A stretch of DNA of 64,000 nucleotides from Actinomycetes bacterium (GTDB lineage: Bacteria; Actinomycetota; Thermoleophilia; BMS3ABIN01): assembly GCA_021790115.1 (NCBI GenBank), contig JAJYIM010000002.1, positions 14,804 to 78,803 on the forward strand, in the 5' to 3' direction. The first letter of the stretch is position 1, and each line of letters opens with the position of its first letter. The position numbers and the translations under genes are program-made. The notes under the pieces were generated by a model that saw only the letters and a program-made list of their open reading frames with translations, was not told the DNA's origin and did not search any database. Below, piece by piece: positions 30,171 through 39,756 of this stretch.

Positions 30171-31649
30171 CTAGCGGCCTGAGTCAGCAGGTTCTGCAGC
30201 GGTTGCGGGATGTACATACAGTCCCAGCACCAGCACCGGAGCCGCAGACAGTATCATTGCAAGCCGGCAGGTGAACGGCAGGCGAAATTTGTGCTCAACT
30301 GTGTAATCATAAGGCGTATTTTGCATTACGCCATCATCTGGCAGACCAAATACCATCTGGTTGATTTTCAACATGACCCCAAAAAAGGCAATCAGGATGA
30401 AAAGAGACAGAAGGCCCATCGCCACATAATCAGTCTGCGACAGGCCGGCCCTGAGAATGGAAAGTTCACTTAAAAAAACTGCTAGTGGCGGCGCGCCGGT
30501 GATGGCCAGCCCGCCAAAAACCAAAGCGGCGCCAGTGAAGGGAGACCGGCGGATAAGTCCTCGCACAGAGGCGATTTTGCGTGTTCTCAGATTCAGCAAA
30601 ACGGCGCCCGCGGCAAAGAAACAAAATGATTTTGTTACGCTGTGGCTGATGATTTGTTGCAGGGCGGCGTAATCAGCGCCCGCCGCGCCTATCCCGACGG
30701 CCGTTAGTATTATGCCCATGTGCTCGACCGTGGAGAAAGCAAACATACGCTTGTAATCGCCGACTTGCAGCAGCAGGAATGCAGCCGTTCCGGCAGATAT
30801 CAGGCCCAGCACGATCGCCCAGGTAGTGGCGTGCGCGCCCGGCGTGGCCTGCATGATTGGAAACAGCCGCAAAATGACGTAAAGGATGGCCGAAGTTTCA
30901 ATGCCGGAAAGCAGGGCGCATACCGGCGAGGGCGCCTGGCTGTGCGCATCTGGCAGCCAGGTGTGCATAGGCACCAGCCCGACCTTTGTTCCAAGGCCGA
31001 TCAGGATCAGCAAAAACGCAACCTGCAGCAGTGCCGGTGGCATCCCGGGCCCGGCCTGGGCCAGCCCGCTCCAGGTAAAGGCGGCATCGCTGCCTGATGC
31101 CTGCAGGGCCGAGAACAGCAGCAGGAAACCGAAAAGCGCCATGCCCGCGCCCATAAGCGAGAGCACCACATATTTCCATGCTGCCTCCAACGCCTCGCGA
31201 GTATCCTCAAAGGAGACAATGAGTGCAGAAGTTAGCGTTGTCAGCGCTACCGAGATCCATACCAGTGTCGGCTCAGCGAGGATGGGAATGGCGAGCATGG
31301 AAAAAACAAACAAATTGAAATTGATGTAGTAAATTCGTATTTTACGGGGCGGGAAATTTCCATGCGCCATATAGCCCACGGAGTAAATTGCCGCTGTGGT
31401 ACCGATGAAGGCGACCAGCAGCAGGATGAGTCCGCTCAAGCCGTCAACGGAAACCCATTTCAGCAAGCCGATTCCGAGGGCCGATGTAACTATCTTGCCT
31501 GTTGAGACAAAGAGCGCCACCCGGACGGCCAGAACCAGAATTACGAGTGAAGAAACAACAGTGATGACGCCAGCCCAATATTGCTTGAGCGGAAGCAGAA
31601 TGAGCGCTGATGCAATTAATGGCATACCCAAAATAAAAGCGATGCTCAT
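30171..31649 (-). CDS. NuoN/NuoM / HyfF-like proton-pumping antiporter subunit
   Basis: 492 aa, about 14 TM, complex-I antiporter family motifs. Confidence 0.7.
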   Translation of the reverse strand: MSIAFILGMPLIASALILLPLKQYWAGVITVVSSLVILVLAVRVALFVSTGKIVTSALGIGLLKWVSVDGLSGLILLLVAFIGTTAAIYSVGYMAHGNFPPRKIRIYYINFNLFVFSMLAIPILAEPTLVWISVALTTLTSALIVSFEDTREALEAAWKYVVLSLMGAGMALFGFLLLFSALQASGSDAAFTWSGLAQAGPGMPPALLQVAFLLILIGLGTKVGLVPMHTWLPDAHSQAPSPVCALLSGIETSAILYVILRLFPIMQATPGAHATTWAIVLGLISAGTAAFLLLQVGDYKRMFAFSTVEHMGIILTAVGIGAAGADYAALQQIISHSVTKSFCFFAAGAVLLNLRTRKIASVRGLIRRSPFTGAALVFGGLAITGAPPLAVFLSELSILRAGLSQTDYVAMGLLSLFILIAFFGVMLKINQMVFGLPDDGVMQNTPYDYTVEHKFRLPFTCRLAMILSAAPVLVLGLYVHPATAAEPADSGR

Positions 31650-32347
31650 CCGGCCTCCTCGCTTCCCGCAGGCACAGATACGTTTTCCTTAAGATTGGCC
31701 AGCTCTCCCACCGCGGTCGTGCCAACATGCCTGTGGACTGCGCGCGTTAGCACGCCCATGATAAAAACAACGATCAGACCATCGGTGGCAATCGCCAGCT
31801 CCACCAGGAGCGGCAATTTCCGTGAGATGGCAATGCCGCTTAAAAAGGCGCCGTTTTCCATGGCCAAGATGCCAATCAGCAGCGGCACAGCTTCCCGCCG
31901 CACCGTGATTGTAAATGCTCCGAGCAGGAGGCCGGCTATGCCAATCGGCACGTTGGGACCTCGAAATTCAGGCGCTACCGCATTCAGCAACGGCTGCCCC
32001 AAAAAATAAGCCAGAATCACCAGCGCCAGTGCAATCAGGAGTGCCGTTGGGATATTCAGCGCCTGGTTAACTTCCCGGCGCGTGTAAACTTCCTCTGGAG
32101 CGGTCTTTTTCAGGAGCCAGGGAAGGATCAGCGGCTTGATGATAACGTTCACCAGGGCGACGCCGTAAAGGTGTTCCGATTGATACCTGAGGCCTAGAAA
32201 CAGGGCAGACAGGGCCAGCAAAATTGACTGGAAGATAAACAGGTTGAGGACGCCGCGGGTCTGCCGCATGGCTACAATTCCAAAGGCGGTCAGCAGAAAC
32301 AACCCGGTGACAAGCGCGTTTAAATTGTCAAGAAGCTGATCTGTCAC
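31646..32347 (-). CDS. HyfE-like small membrane subunit
   Basis: 233 aa with about 6 TM, placed where hyfE sits in hyf/ehr operons. Confidence 0.5.
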   Translation of the reverse strand: MTDQLLDNLNALVTGLFLLTAFGIVAMRQTRGVLNLFIFQSILLALSALFLGLRYQSEHLYGVALVNVIIKPLILPWLLKKTAPEEVYTRREVNQALNIPTALLIALALVILAYFLGQPLLNAVAPEFRGPNVPIGIAGLLLGAFTITVRREAVPLLIGILAMENGAFLSGIAISRKLPLLVELAIATDGLIVVFIMGVLTRAVHRHVGTTAVGELANLKENVSVPAGSEEAG

Positions 32348-32360
32348 AACTGTTTTCTTT

Positions 32361-33311
32361 TCATAGCAAAAAAACCTGAGCGATCATCGCCACTACGCAG
32401 ATTACAAAAGCGGCGCCTAAAAATTCCGAGATGCGAAACAGCCTCAACTTGGCAAGTGAAGACTCGATGACTACCAGCACGAGCAAAAGAGCGAAAATTT
32501 TCAGAAGCACCGCGGGAATAGCCAGCAATACAGCGCTTATTGTCTGCCCGCCGGCCAGGCCCCAAGGAGCCACCAGCACGTTGAGAAAAATGCACATGAG
32601 AACGAACAGCTTCATGGTCCCGCCCCATTTCACCAGGGCCAAGCCCCGCCCCGAGTATTCGAGCGACTTGGATTCATCGATCATCGCCAGCTCGAAATGG
32701 CCGGCCGGGTTGTCAACCGGGATACGCCCCCCTTCGGCCAAAATCAGTATCAGAAACGCCAGCAGGAGCAGCACATGGGTCGGCATGAAAAAATTGGTTG
32801 CCGGAGTAACCCATTTTTCCTGGACAATATAAGGAATTGTCGAGCCGGCAACAAATGACACGGTAAAAAACACGATCATGAATACCGGCTCCGCCAAAAA
32901 GCCAACCATCCGCGTGCGGCTTGCCCCCATGGGCCCATAAGGACTTGCCGTGTCAATCGCCGCGAGCGTAGCAAAGAATCCACCAAGCGCCAGCGCGAAT
33001 CCGCCGCCGATCATGTCTCCCATGAAGGCAAAAAAGAGCGGATAGCGCGTCAGCACTGGGATCAGCAAAGTTACGTAAATCGGAGTGATAAAGATCATGT
33101 AGGGGGTAAATCGGAAGATCCAGGAGCTTTCTTCCGAGACGATCTCGTCCTTATGAAAGAGCTTCCATAAATCGCGATAAGGCTGGAAGATGCTGGGTCC
33201 GTGTTTGGACTGCACCATTTCCTTTAAGCGGGTTGTCACGCCGGAAACAAGCGGCGAAAAAGCCAACACGACGAGCACCTGGATCAGATTGAACACGATC
33301 TTATTCGCCAT
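32361..33311 (-). CDS. NuoH / HycD-like membrane subunit
   Basis: 316 aa. N-terminus LIQVLVVLAFSPL...RLKEMVQSKHGPSIFQPYRDL is typical of HycD/NuoH. Confidence 0.7.
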   Translation of the reverse strand: MANKIVFNLIQVLVVLAFSPLVSGVTTRLKEMVQSKHGPSIFQPYRDLWKLFHKDEIVSEESSWIFRFTPYMIFITPIYVTLLIPVLTRYPLFFAFMGDMIGGGFALALGGFFATLAAIDTASPYGPMGASRTRMVGFLAEPVFMIVFFTVSFVAGSTIPYIVQEKWVTPATNFFMPTHVLLLLAFLILILAEGGRIPVDNPAGHFELAMIDESKSLEYSGRGLALVKWGGTMKLFVLMCIFLNVLVAPWGLAGGQTISAVLLAIPAVLLKIFALLLVLVVIESSLAKLRLFRISEFLGAAFVICVVAMIAQVFLL

Positions 33312-33435
33312 GAAGTTCCCAATACTCGAAGCCGATTATGACAATTCCCGGGAGATGCCCGCCGCAGGCCCGGGGAAGGCGGTCATGACCGCAGAAAACG
33401 AAATTGAATGACGGCAACGGCGTCCGCAATTCCAT

Positions 33436-35286
33436 TCAGCGCACCTTGTTGTTTATAGTCTTATGCTTTGCGGGCTCCGCTGCGGCGGCCTCTTCAATCC
33501 CGGCCAGCTCCTGCCTGGCCTGCTCGAACCCGAGCAGCCTGAGGCGCAGTTCTCCCTCGAACCGCCGCAGTTCGGCCTCGCTTTTTTGCTTGGCCTCGCT
33601 GCCGGCCAGCAGGGCCCGGCGGATGCTCTCCTCGGTGCCGTTGACCGTCTCGTCGAGACCGGTGCGGAACTGCTGCAGTGTGGCCTGGATCCTTTCGCTG
33701 AAGTCATGGCGCAGGCGGCCGCAGTGGCGGTCGATCTGCTTTTCCATCCGCTCCCGCGCTTCTTTCAGGATCAGGCGGTGGCCCAGCCGCCTCGGCATCA
33801 GCAGCGTCGCTGATTCCGTCATCGCCTCCAGCGAAACCTTGACATCCTCGTCCAGCTTGAACTGGAAGCGGGACTCGGCCGCCAGGGCCTCGTCGATGGC
33901 AAATGGCTCAATGCTGACGTCAAAGATGCGGGCGGAGATGTCAACCAGGCGGGCGATGATGCTGTTTGTGCGCGCCACCAGCCGGTTGATAATCTGCGCC
34001 AGCATCTCTTCCAGCTTCTTTTCCTCCTGCTCCTGGAAGTCGGTAAAAATATCACGGATGCGGTCGTGCACGTACCGGTCAAACAGCCGCGCCAGGGCGC
34101 GGTTGCTTTCTTTTTTGATTTTTTGATAATACGTGTTAACACTGGCCGCGGCAGCGCCTGTCTGGCCGGCCTTCAGTCCTTTTAAGTCTTCTTCCAGGAC
34201 CGTAGCGATCAGCTCCGCTGTTTCCGCCTTTAGCAGCCGGTTGCTGTCCTGGCGCTCCTGATTGATCTCCGCCTGCGCCGATTCGAACATGCGCATTTTT
34301 CCCTCCAGGTCTTGAAGCGGCTCGCTCAGGCTTTTTTGCATCAGTTGCGCGGAAAAAGCTTCCTGGGATATCAGGTTTCTGATTTTGCCGGTGGCCGAAA
34401 TCAAAAAAACCCGCCCCTTTTCCCCAAGCAGGAATCCATCCAGCATGTTTTCAAAAGCGGGCAGCCCGCTTTCCTCAAGCATGGCCGGGTTGGGCGCTGT
34501 CTTTCCTTCCAGAGCCTGCCTGGCCGACAGGGGAAAGATCTCCACGTTCTTGAGGCCGGCCTGCTCCTCGATTATCTGCCTGGTGAACTCAAGGGATTCC
34601 TGCCTGTCGGCGGCGCTGACCATGTCAACCTTGTTGAGCACGAAGAAGATTCTGGTGGCGTACCCCTTGAGGTCGCCGAGGAACTTAAGCTCCGCCGCCG
34701 TGATCGGCGGGTCGACGCTGATCATGAACACGGCCGCGTCCGCATGGGGCAGGTAGCGGTAGGTCGTGCCCGTATTGTGACCGTACACCGAGGCAACGCC
34801 GGGCGTGTCGATGATCTGGACGCCGTTTTTCAGGTATGGGGACGGATAAAGGATCTCAACCCTGCCAACATTTTTCTCGTTTTTGGGGTTGTGCTTTTCC
34901 GTGATATAAAGCGGCAGGTCGGCGGCGCCAATCTCCCGCCGGGAGCCGTCACTGAAGAAAACCTGTGTCTGCAGAGCCTCGCCAAACTTGATGATGGTGA
35001 TGATGGATGTCAGCGGAATGATCGCCGTCGGCAGCAGGTTTTCTCCCAGGACGGAGTTGATAAAGGTGCTCTTGCCGCGCTTGAACTGGCCGGCGACCAC
35101 CAGCGAAAATTCGTTGCCGGCGATTTTGCGGCCCAGCGCCGCGAGCGACTTTTTGGCCGCCTCGCTCCCGGCCGCGTCCTGGAGCCGGAACGGCACCTGC
35201 GCCAGGCGCTCTTTAAGTGTTGAGTAAGTATCAGGCACGACAATAAAAAAGCTCCCGCAGTCATCTGCAGAAGCCATAAGCCCCAA
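33436..35286 (-). CDS. Bacterial dynamin-like GTPase
   Basis: G1 GQFKRGKST, G3 DTPG, G4 NKVD, then a long helical stalk region. 616 aa. Confidence 0.75.
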   Translation of the reverse strand: MGLMASADDCGSFFIVVPDTYSTLKERLAQVPFRLQDAAGSEAAKKSLAALGRKIAGNEFSLVVAGQFKRGKSTFINSVLGENLLPTAIIPLTSIITIIKFGEALQTQVFFSDGSRREIGAADLPLYITEKHNPKNEKNVGRVEILYPSPYLKNGVQIIDTPGVASVYGHNTGTTYRYLPHADAAVFMISVDPPITAAELKFLGDLKGYATRIFFVLNKVDMVSAADRQESLEFTRQIIEEQAGLKNVEIFPLSARQALEGKTAPNPAMLEESGLPAFENMLDGFLLGEKGRVFLISATGKIRNLISQEAFSAQLMQKSLSEPLQDLEGKMRMFESAQAEINQERQDSNRLLKAETAELIATVLEEDLKGLKAGQTGAAAASVNTYYQKIKKESNRALARLFDRYVHDRIRDIFTDFQEQEEKKLEEMLAQIINRLVARTNSIIARLVDISARIFDVSIEPFAIDEALAAESRFQFKLDEDVKVSLEAMTESATLLMPRRLGHRLILKEARERMEKQIDRHCGRLRHDFSERIQATLQQFRTGLDETVNGTEESIRRALLAGSEAKQKSEAELRRFEGELRLRLLGFEQARQELAGIEEAAAAEPAKHKTINNKVR

Positions 35287-35407
35287 AGGGCGCTTCAGGC
35301 GAGCTTCATCGCCTCTTAAAATATGCTCTATTCAATAGGAAATATAACAATTTGACTGTTTCTGGGCAAGGCTTTTTTATTATCGCGGTCATAAACGAGT
35401 GATTATT

Positions 35408-36184
35408 CTACCCGCCGGTGGCGTAATGGATGATCATCTGGTCCGTGAGCCACTCAACCGGCGCCTTGTCGTCGGTAAGGATCTCGCCGCCCGGCTGGAC
35501 CGTTCTGATCTGCCCGGCGACCTGCCGGGCCAGGGCGGCTACCGGCGGCGGCATCAGCGCCTGGCGGCCCTCCGTGTCGGCGACCGCCGCAGGCATTTTC
35601 GTGGCAACCAGCAGCTGGTTGAACTCGCCGGCGGAAAAGGAATAAACCGTGGGGAAGACATCCCTCATGGTGGCGGCGATTGCATCCGCCAGGGCGCTGT
35701 CGCCGGGGACCTTGCCCACGTTTACCATCACTACTCCCTCAGCTGTCAGATGGCTGGCAGCCGTCTGGAAAAATTCGCGTGTTGCCAAGTAAAAAGGGAT
35801 GTAAGGCTGGCGAAAGGCGTCGAGCCCGATTAGATCGTAATGATTATTTGTAGTCATTAAAAAAGGACGGCCGTCGCCAACATGGATGCTGAGGTTCGCC
35901 TCATTCATGCCAAACAGCTTCCGGCCGATATCCACCACCTGGGGGTCGATCTCCACGCCGTCGACACGCACGCGCGGGTAGAAATGGATCAGCTGCCCCG
36001 GGATTGTGCCGGCGGCGCTGCCAATGCAAAGCGCCCTGAGTGGCGGCCGGCCGGCGCCAAACCAGGGCGCGAGCGAGAAGTAGCCCCAGTAGCCGCCGGT
36101 CATGACTTGACCGGGTTTGTAAACAGAGTGCACGGCCCAGCCCTCGTTGAGCATCAACTCGCGGCTGCCGTCTGTTTGCTGCAC
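35408..36184 (-). CDS. Spermidine-synthase-like (aminopropyltransferase fold) domain protein; likely the C-terminal half of a fused MFS/spermidine-synthase gene
   Basis: Rossmann GSAAGTIPGQL...VDGVEIDPQVVDIGRKLF methyltransferase/aminopropyltransferase-like motif. Confidence 0.55.
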   Translation of the reverse strand: MQQTDGSRELMLNEGWAVHSVYKPGQVMTGGYWGYFSLAPWFGAGRPPLRALCIGSAAGTIPGQLIHFYPRVRVDGVEIDPQVVDIGRKLFGMNEANLSIHVGDGRPFLMTTNNHYDLIGLDAFRQPYIPFYLATREFFQTAASHLTAEGVVMVNVGKVPGDSALADAIAATMRDVFPTVYSFSAGEFNQLLVATKMPAAVADTEGRQALMPPPVAALARQVAGQIRTVQPGGEILTDDKAPVEWLTDQMIIHYATGG

Positions 36185-36289
36185 TACCTGGATGTAGTGG
36201 TAGGGCGACTCGGTCTCGAAGATGCTGCCGGCGGTAGGTTTGATTGCGCCCGGGGGAATGGCCAGCGCCGCCAGGATTAGCAGCGGCGG

Positions 36290-36850
36290 CTAGGCTCCCA
36301 GCCAGCGGCCCAGCCCCGCCGCGGAGATACCCGCCAGGACCGCGGCGAACGCCAGCATCGTATCGCGAGTGCCGATCCAGGGAATCAGCAGGAAGACGGG
36401 CAGGAAGGTGCCGAGAATGCTGCCGATGGTTGAGAGGGCGTAAAGGCCGCCGGAGACATTGCCGGCGTTTTCGACCCTGGTCATGCTGAGGCGGATGGCA
36501 AAGGGGGCTACTGTCCCCAGAATTGTCACCGGCAGGGAGAACAAAAGCACGGTGACGCCGAATGATCCCAGGAAGGCGCCGGCGGAGACCTGAGCAATCC
36601 CCTGGATGGCCAGGCTCATGATCGGCTTGGCTACAAATGGCACAACGGCGCTGGCGGCCGCCGCCGCCAGCGTCAGGGAATAAAGCAGCCGCGGCCGTGG
36701 CCAGCGGTCGGCGATGCGCCCGCCCAGCCAGTAGCCTGCGGTCAGGTAAATGAGAATGAGCCCGATCAGGTTCGCCCAGATAAACAGCGAGTCACCGAAA
36801 TAGGGAGCCAGCAGCCGCGAAGCCGACATCTCCACCGCCATCGTGGTCAT
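36290..36850 (-). CDS. Polytopic membrane domain (about 6 TM); likely the N-terminal half of the same fused MFS/spermidine-synthase gene, separated by an in-frame TAG and a 105-nt gap
   Basis: Hydrophobic ORF ending at TAG 36287-36289. The next ORF follows in the same orientation. Confidence 0.5.
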   Translation of the reverse strand: MTTMAVEMSASRLLAPYFGDSLFIWANLIGLILIYLTAGYWLGGRIADRWPRPRLLYSLTLAAAAASAVVPFVAKPIMSLAIQGIAQVSAGAFLGSFGVTVLLFSLPVTILGTVAPFAIRLSMTRVENAGNVSGGLYALSTIGSILGTFLPVFLLIPWIGTRDTMLAFAAVLAGISAAGLGRWLGA

Positions 36851-36888
36851 GCCGCCGCTGAAGACAGTGATATAAAGGAGGGCCCGGC

Positions 36889-37359
36889 TCAGCTTTTTCC
36901 CTCCAGCTCCTTGCGGCGCGGCTCAGGCTCCCCGCCGCCGGCGGCTCCAAAACCTGCCTGGGCGGGGGCGTTTGTCCAAACCTGGAAGCTGCGTGTAGAA
37001 GCTGCTTTTTGCAGCCGTCTCCTCGCGTAGGCGCGCACCGGCCTCCGCGCCGGAGGAAGCAACAGCAGCAGCCCGGCGGCGTCGGTGATGTAGCCCGGCG
37101 TAATCAACAGGGCCGCCGCGGTCAGGATAAGCGCCCCGTCAATAAGGGCGTCCGCCGGGACGCGGCCGTTATTTATTTCTGCCTGGATTTGCGCCACGGC
37201 GCGGTAGCCCTCCCGCTTGGCCAGCGCCGCGCCACAAATGCTTACGAGGATTAGCAGCGCGATCGTGTAAAAGTAGCCGATCCGCGCGCCGATCTCGATA
37301 ATCACCAGCAGTTCCAGCAAGGGAACGGCAATAAATAGTATCAGCAGTTTCCGGAACAC
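36889..37359 (-). CDS. fxsA: FxsA-family cytoplasmic membrane protein
   Basis: LLELLVIIEIG...ALAKREG, a conserved FxsA core, and a charged C-terminal tail. Likely GTG start at 37359 after GGAGGGGG; the ORF track extends to 37608. Confidence 0.55.
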   Translation of the reverse strand: MFRKLLILFIAVPLLELLVIIEIGARIGYFYTIALLILVSICGAALAKREGYRAVAQIQAEINNGRVPADALIDGALILTAAALLITPGYITDAAGLLLLLPPARRPVRAYARRRLQKAASTRSFQVWTNAPAQAGFGAAGGGEPEPRRKELEGKS

Positions 37360-37487
37360 AGTTTCATTGTCCCCCTCCGCCGGGGGAAAAAACAAGGAAA
37401 CCGCCAGACGGGTCCGGCGGGGCGCGCCAGTGATTTGCCGATTAAGCCGGTGGGCGGCCGCCCACCGGCGCCAGACCGGGTGCGGGA

Positions 37488-37541
37488 GCACAGCCGGCTC
37501 GCTCGGCCTCGCTGCGAACAGCCCTTTGAGATAGATTCTTA
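37488..37541. repeat. Copy of the MITE-like element end (GCTCGGCCTCGCTGCGAACAGCCCTTTGAGATAGATTCT)
   Basis: About 50 nt are near-identical to 48858-48905. Confidence 0.5.
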
Positions 37542-37783
37542 CAACTTTTATAGGGCAAATATCATGCCAAAGTTGGATGAGGAAACTGCCGGGAATTGAT
37601 ATAATCAAATTGGGGTGCCCCGGTGCCAGGTTTGTTGTGCAAATTCCAGATTTGTATTAAATCGCTCCGCGAAAATCCCGGCGAAAGTCCCGGCGGTGCT
37701 CCGAAATCATTTTCCGTCCGGCGCAGATGATAAATTGCCTCCAGGCAACTGGGAGGGAAAGCCGGACAAGCGCGGAGGTTGAA

Positions 37784-39592
37784 ATGGACTCAGGCAGCTT
37801 AAAACAGAAGCTTGGCCGAGTTGACGGAAAAGGCTACAAAGCATACCGCCAGTTAAAAGGAAGGTATGATTTTCCCCGCTTCACCCTGCATATCGACCAT
37901 GTTCAATCCGACCCTTTTGCCGCGCCGTCGCGGATGCGCGTCAGGGTAAATCAGGCCGTTGCCAGGTTTGACACCAGCTTATTTAAAGGCAAGGTCCGCC
38001 GGGTGGCCCTTGAGGACTACCTCGCCAGGGCCTTTGCCAGGGCAATTGAACGGTTTGTCAAAGGAGATCGCGGCACGGGAAAATCGGGCCTTGTGGGAGT
38101 GGACCGGGGCGGCCAGGAGATCATCGAGCGGACTGCCGCGGTTATAAATGAGCGCTTTGCCGAGGTCAGATTTCTTGCCGGGCTACCCGCAGCCGGCAGG
38201 CGCTGCCTCGGGCAGGAGGCAGCGGCCATGCTTTTGGAGGAGGTTCCCCGCCTTGTTGAGGCAACGCTTTTCTATGAGGCTCTCGGCCGGCGGATGGTAA
38301 CTGCGCATGTTGAAGGCGCCGAAGACCAGGACTGGTTGCGCCGGCAACTGCCGGCCCTGGGCCTGGTTGCTTTTGTGGCTGACGGCGCCGTCCTGCCGCG
38401 GCAAAGCGGGATCAGCGACATGCCGCTCAGGCAGGGCCGGGTGCTCAAGTTCCAAAGCCCCGCCGGGCTGCGGCTTGCCATTGACCTTCCCCACCGTGGC
38501 CACCTGTCCGGAATGGGGATCCCGGAGGGCGTCACTCTCATTGTTGGCGGCGGCTACCATGGTAAATCGACCTTGCTTAAGGCGCTGGAGCGCAGCGTTT
38601 ACAACCACGTGCCGGGTGATGGCCGCGAGCTGGCGGCCACCCGGGGCGACGCGGTCAAGATCAGGGCGGAAGATGGGCGCCGGGTTGAGAAGGTCAATAT
38701 CAGCGCTTTTATCTCAAATCTCCCCTTTGATGTTGACACTTCTTCTTTTTCTACCGAAAACGCCAGCGGCAGCACGTCGCAGGCGGCCAACATCCTGGAG
38801 GCGTTGGAAGCGAGGTCAAGGCTGCTGCTCATTGACGAAGACACCTCCGCCACCAATTTCATGATCCGGGATAGCCTCATGCAGCAACTGGTCCTGAAAA
38901 AGAAGGAGCCGATCACACCATTTATTGATCATGTGCACAACCTAAAGAGCGAGCACGGGGTGTCCACGGTGCTGGTAATGGGCGGCTCCGGTGATTATTT
39001 TGGTGCGGCCGATACGGTCATTGCCATGGAAAATTATCTGCCCCGGGTGGTCACGGCCCGCGCCCGCGAGATAATTGCGCAGCGCAAGGACGTTCGCAGC
39101 GCCGAAGCCCCTGCCGGGTTCGGGCCCCTGACGCCGCGCCTGCCGCTGGCGCGCGGCATCGACCCCCGCCGGGGCGGCAAGGTAAAAATCAGCGCCAAAG
39201 GCCTGAAAGCCGTTTCATTTGGAAGAATAATGGTTGACCTGGCCGCCGTGGAGCAGATTGTTGATATTAGTCAGACTCGTGCTATTGGCTACCTGATCTG
39301 GTACGGACTGCGGCAGGGGTACTTTGACGGCGAGTCATCAATCACGGAGATTCTGGACCGCCTCATCGCCGATGTGGAGCGCTTTGGCCTCGAAGTGATT
39401 GCAGCGGGCGCCTCCCGGCAGCCGGCCCCTGGGCCAGGACAGGCAGAGGCCGGCGGCCGCGCCGCAGCGGCGTCCGGTCAAACCGCCCCCGGGCCGGCAA
39501 TTGGCGAGGAGCATCCCGGGGACTTCGCCCTTCCCCGCCGCTTCGAGATCGCAGCGATGCTAAACCGGATGCGAACGTTGCAAGTCAGATAA
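37784..39592 (+). CDS. Predicted ABC-class ATPase (COG3044 / ABC_ATPase family)
   Basis: Walker A GGGYHGKSTLL, conserved FTLHIDHVQSDPFAAPS N-terminal domain. About 600 aa. Confidence 0.7.
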   Translation: MDSGSLKQKLGRVDGKGYKAYRQLKGRYDFPRFTLHIDHVQSDPFAAPSRMRVRVNQAVARFDTSLFKGKVRRVALEDYLARAFARAIERFVKGDRGTGKSGLVGVDRGGQEIIERTAAVINERFAEVRFLAGLPAAGRRCLGQEAAAMLLEEVPRLVEATLFYEALGRRMVTAHVEGAEDQDWLRRQLPALGLVAFVADGAVLPRQSGISDMPLRQGRVLKFQSPAGLRLAIDLPHRGHLSGMGIPEGVTLIVGGGYHGKSTLLKALERSVYNHVPGDGRELAATRGDAVKIRAEDGRRVEKVNISAFISNLPFDVDTSSFSTENASGSTSQAANILEALEARSRLLLIDEDTSATNFMIRDSLMQQLVLKKKEPITPFIDHVHNLKSEHGVSTVLVMGGSGDYFGAADTVIAMENYLPRVVTARAREIIAQRKDVRSAEAPAGFGPLTPRLPLARGIDPRRGGKVKISAKGLKAVSFGRIMVDLAAVEQIVDISQTRAIGYLIWYGLRQGYFDGESSITEILDRLIADVERFGLEVIAAGASRQPAPGPGQAEAGGRAAAASGQTAPGPAIGEEHPGDFALPRRFEIAAMLNRMRTLQVR

Positions 39593-39756
39593 GAGGCGTT
39601 CAGAAAATGGCCGGCCGGCGTTGATGTTTACAAAGCGGGCAGGAAAGCCGGCTTCAATTCGGTTACAATAAAGTCATATTAAAAACGGCTTGCAGCATGG
39701 CAGGCAGGCCCGTAGGAACGGGGACGGCAGCCGGCTTGAGCACAGATCAGGAAAAA

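Noticed and set aside
37609-37783. GCGAAAATCCCGGCG / GCGAAAGTCCCGGCG direct repeat upstream of the ABC-ATPase as a regulatory element
   Set aside because: There are only two copies with no accompanying promoter-like hexamers. The evidence is insufficient to call a site.
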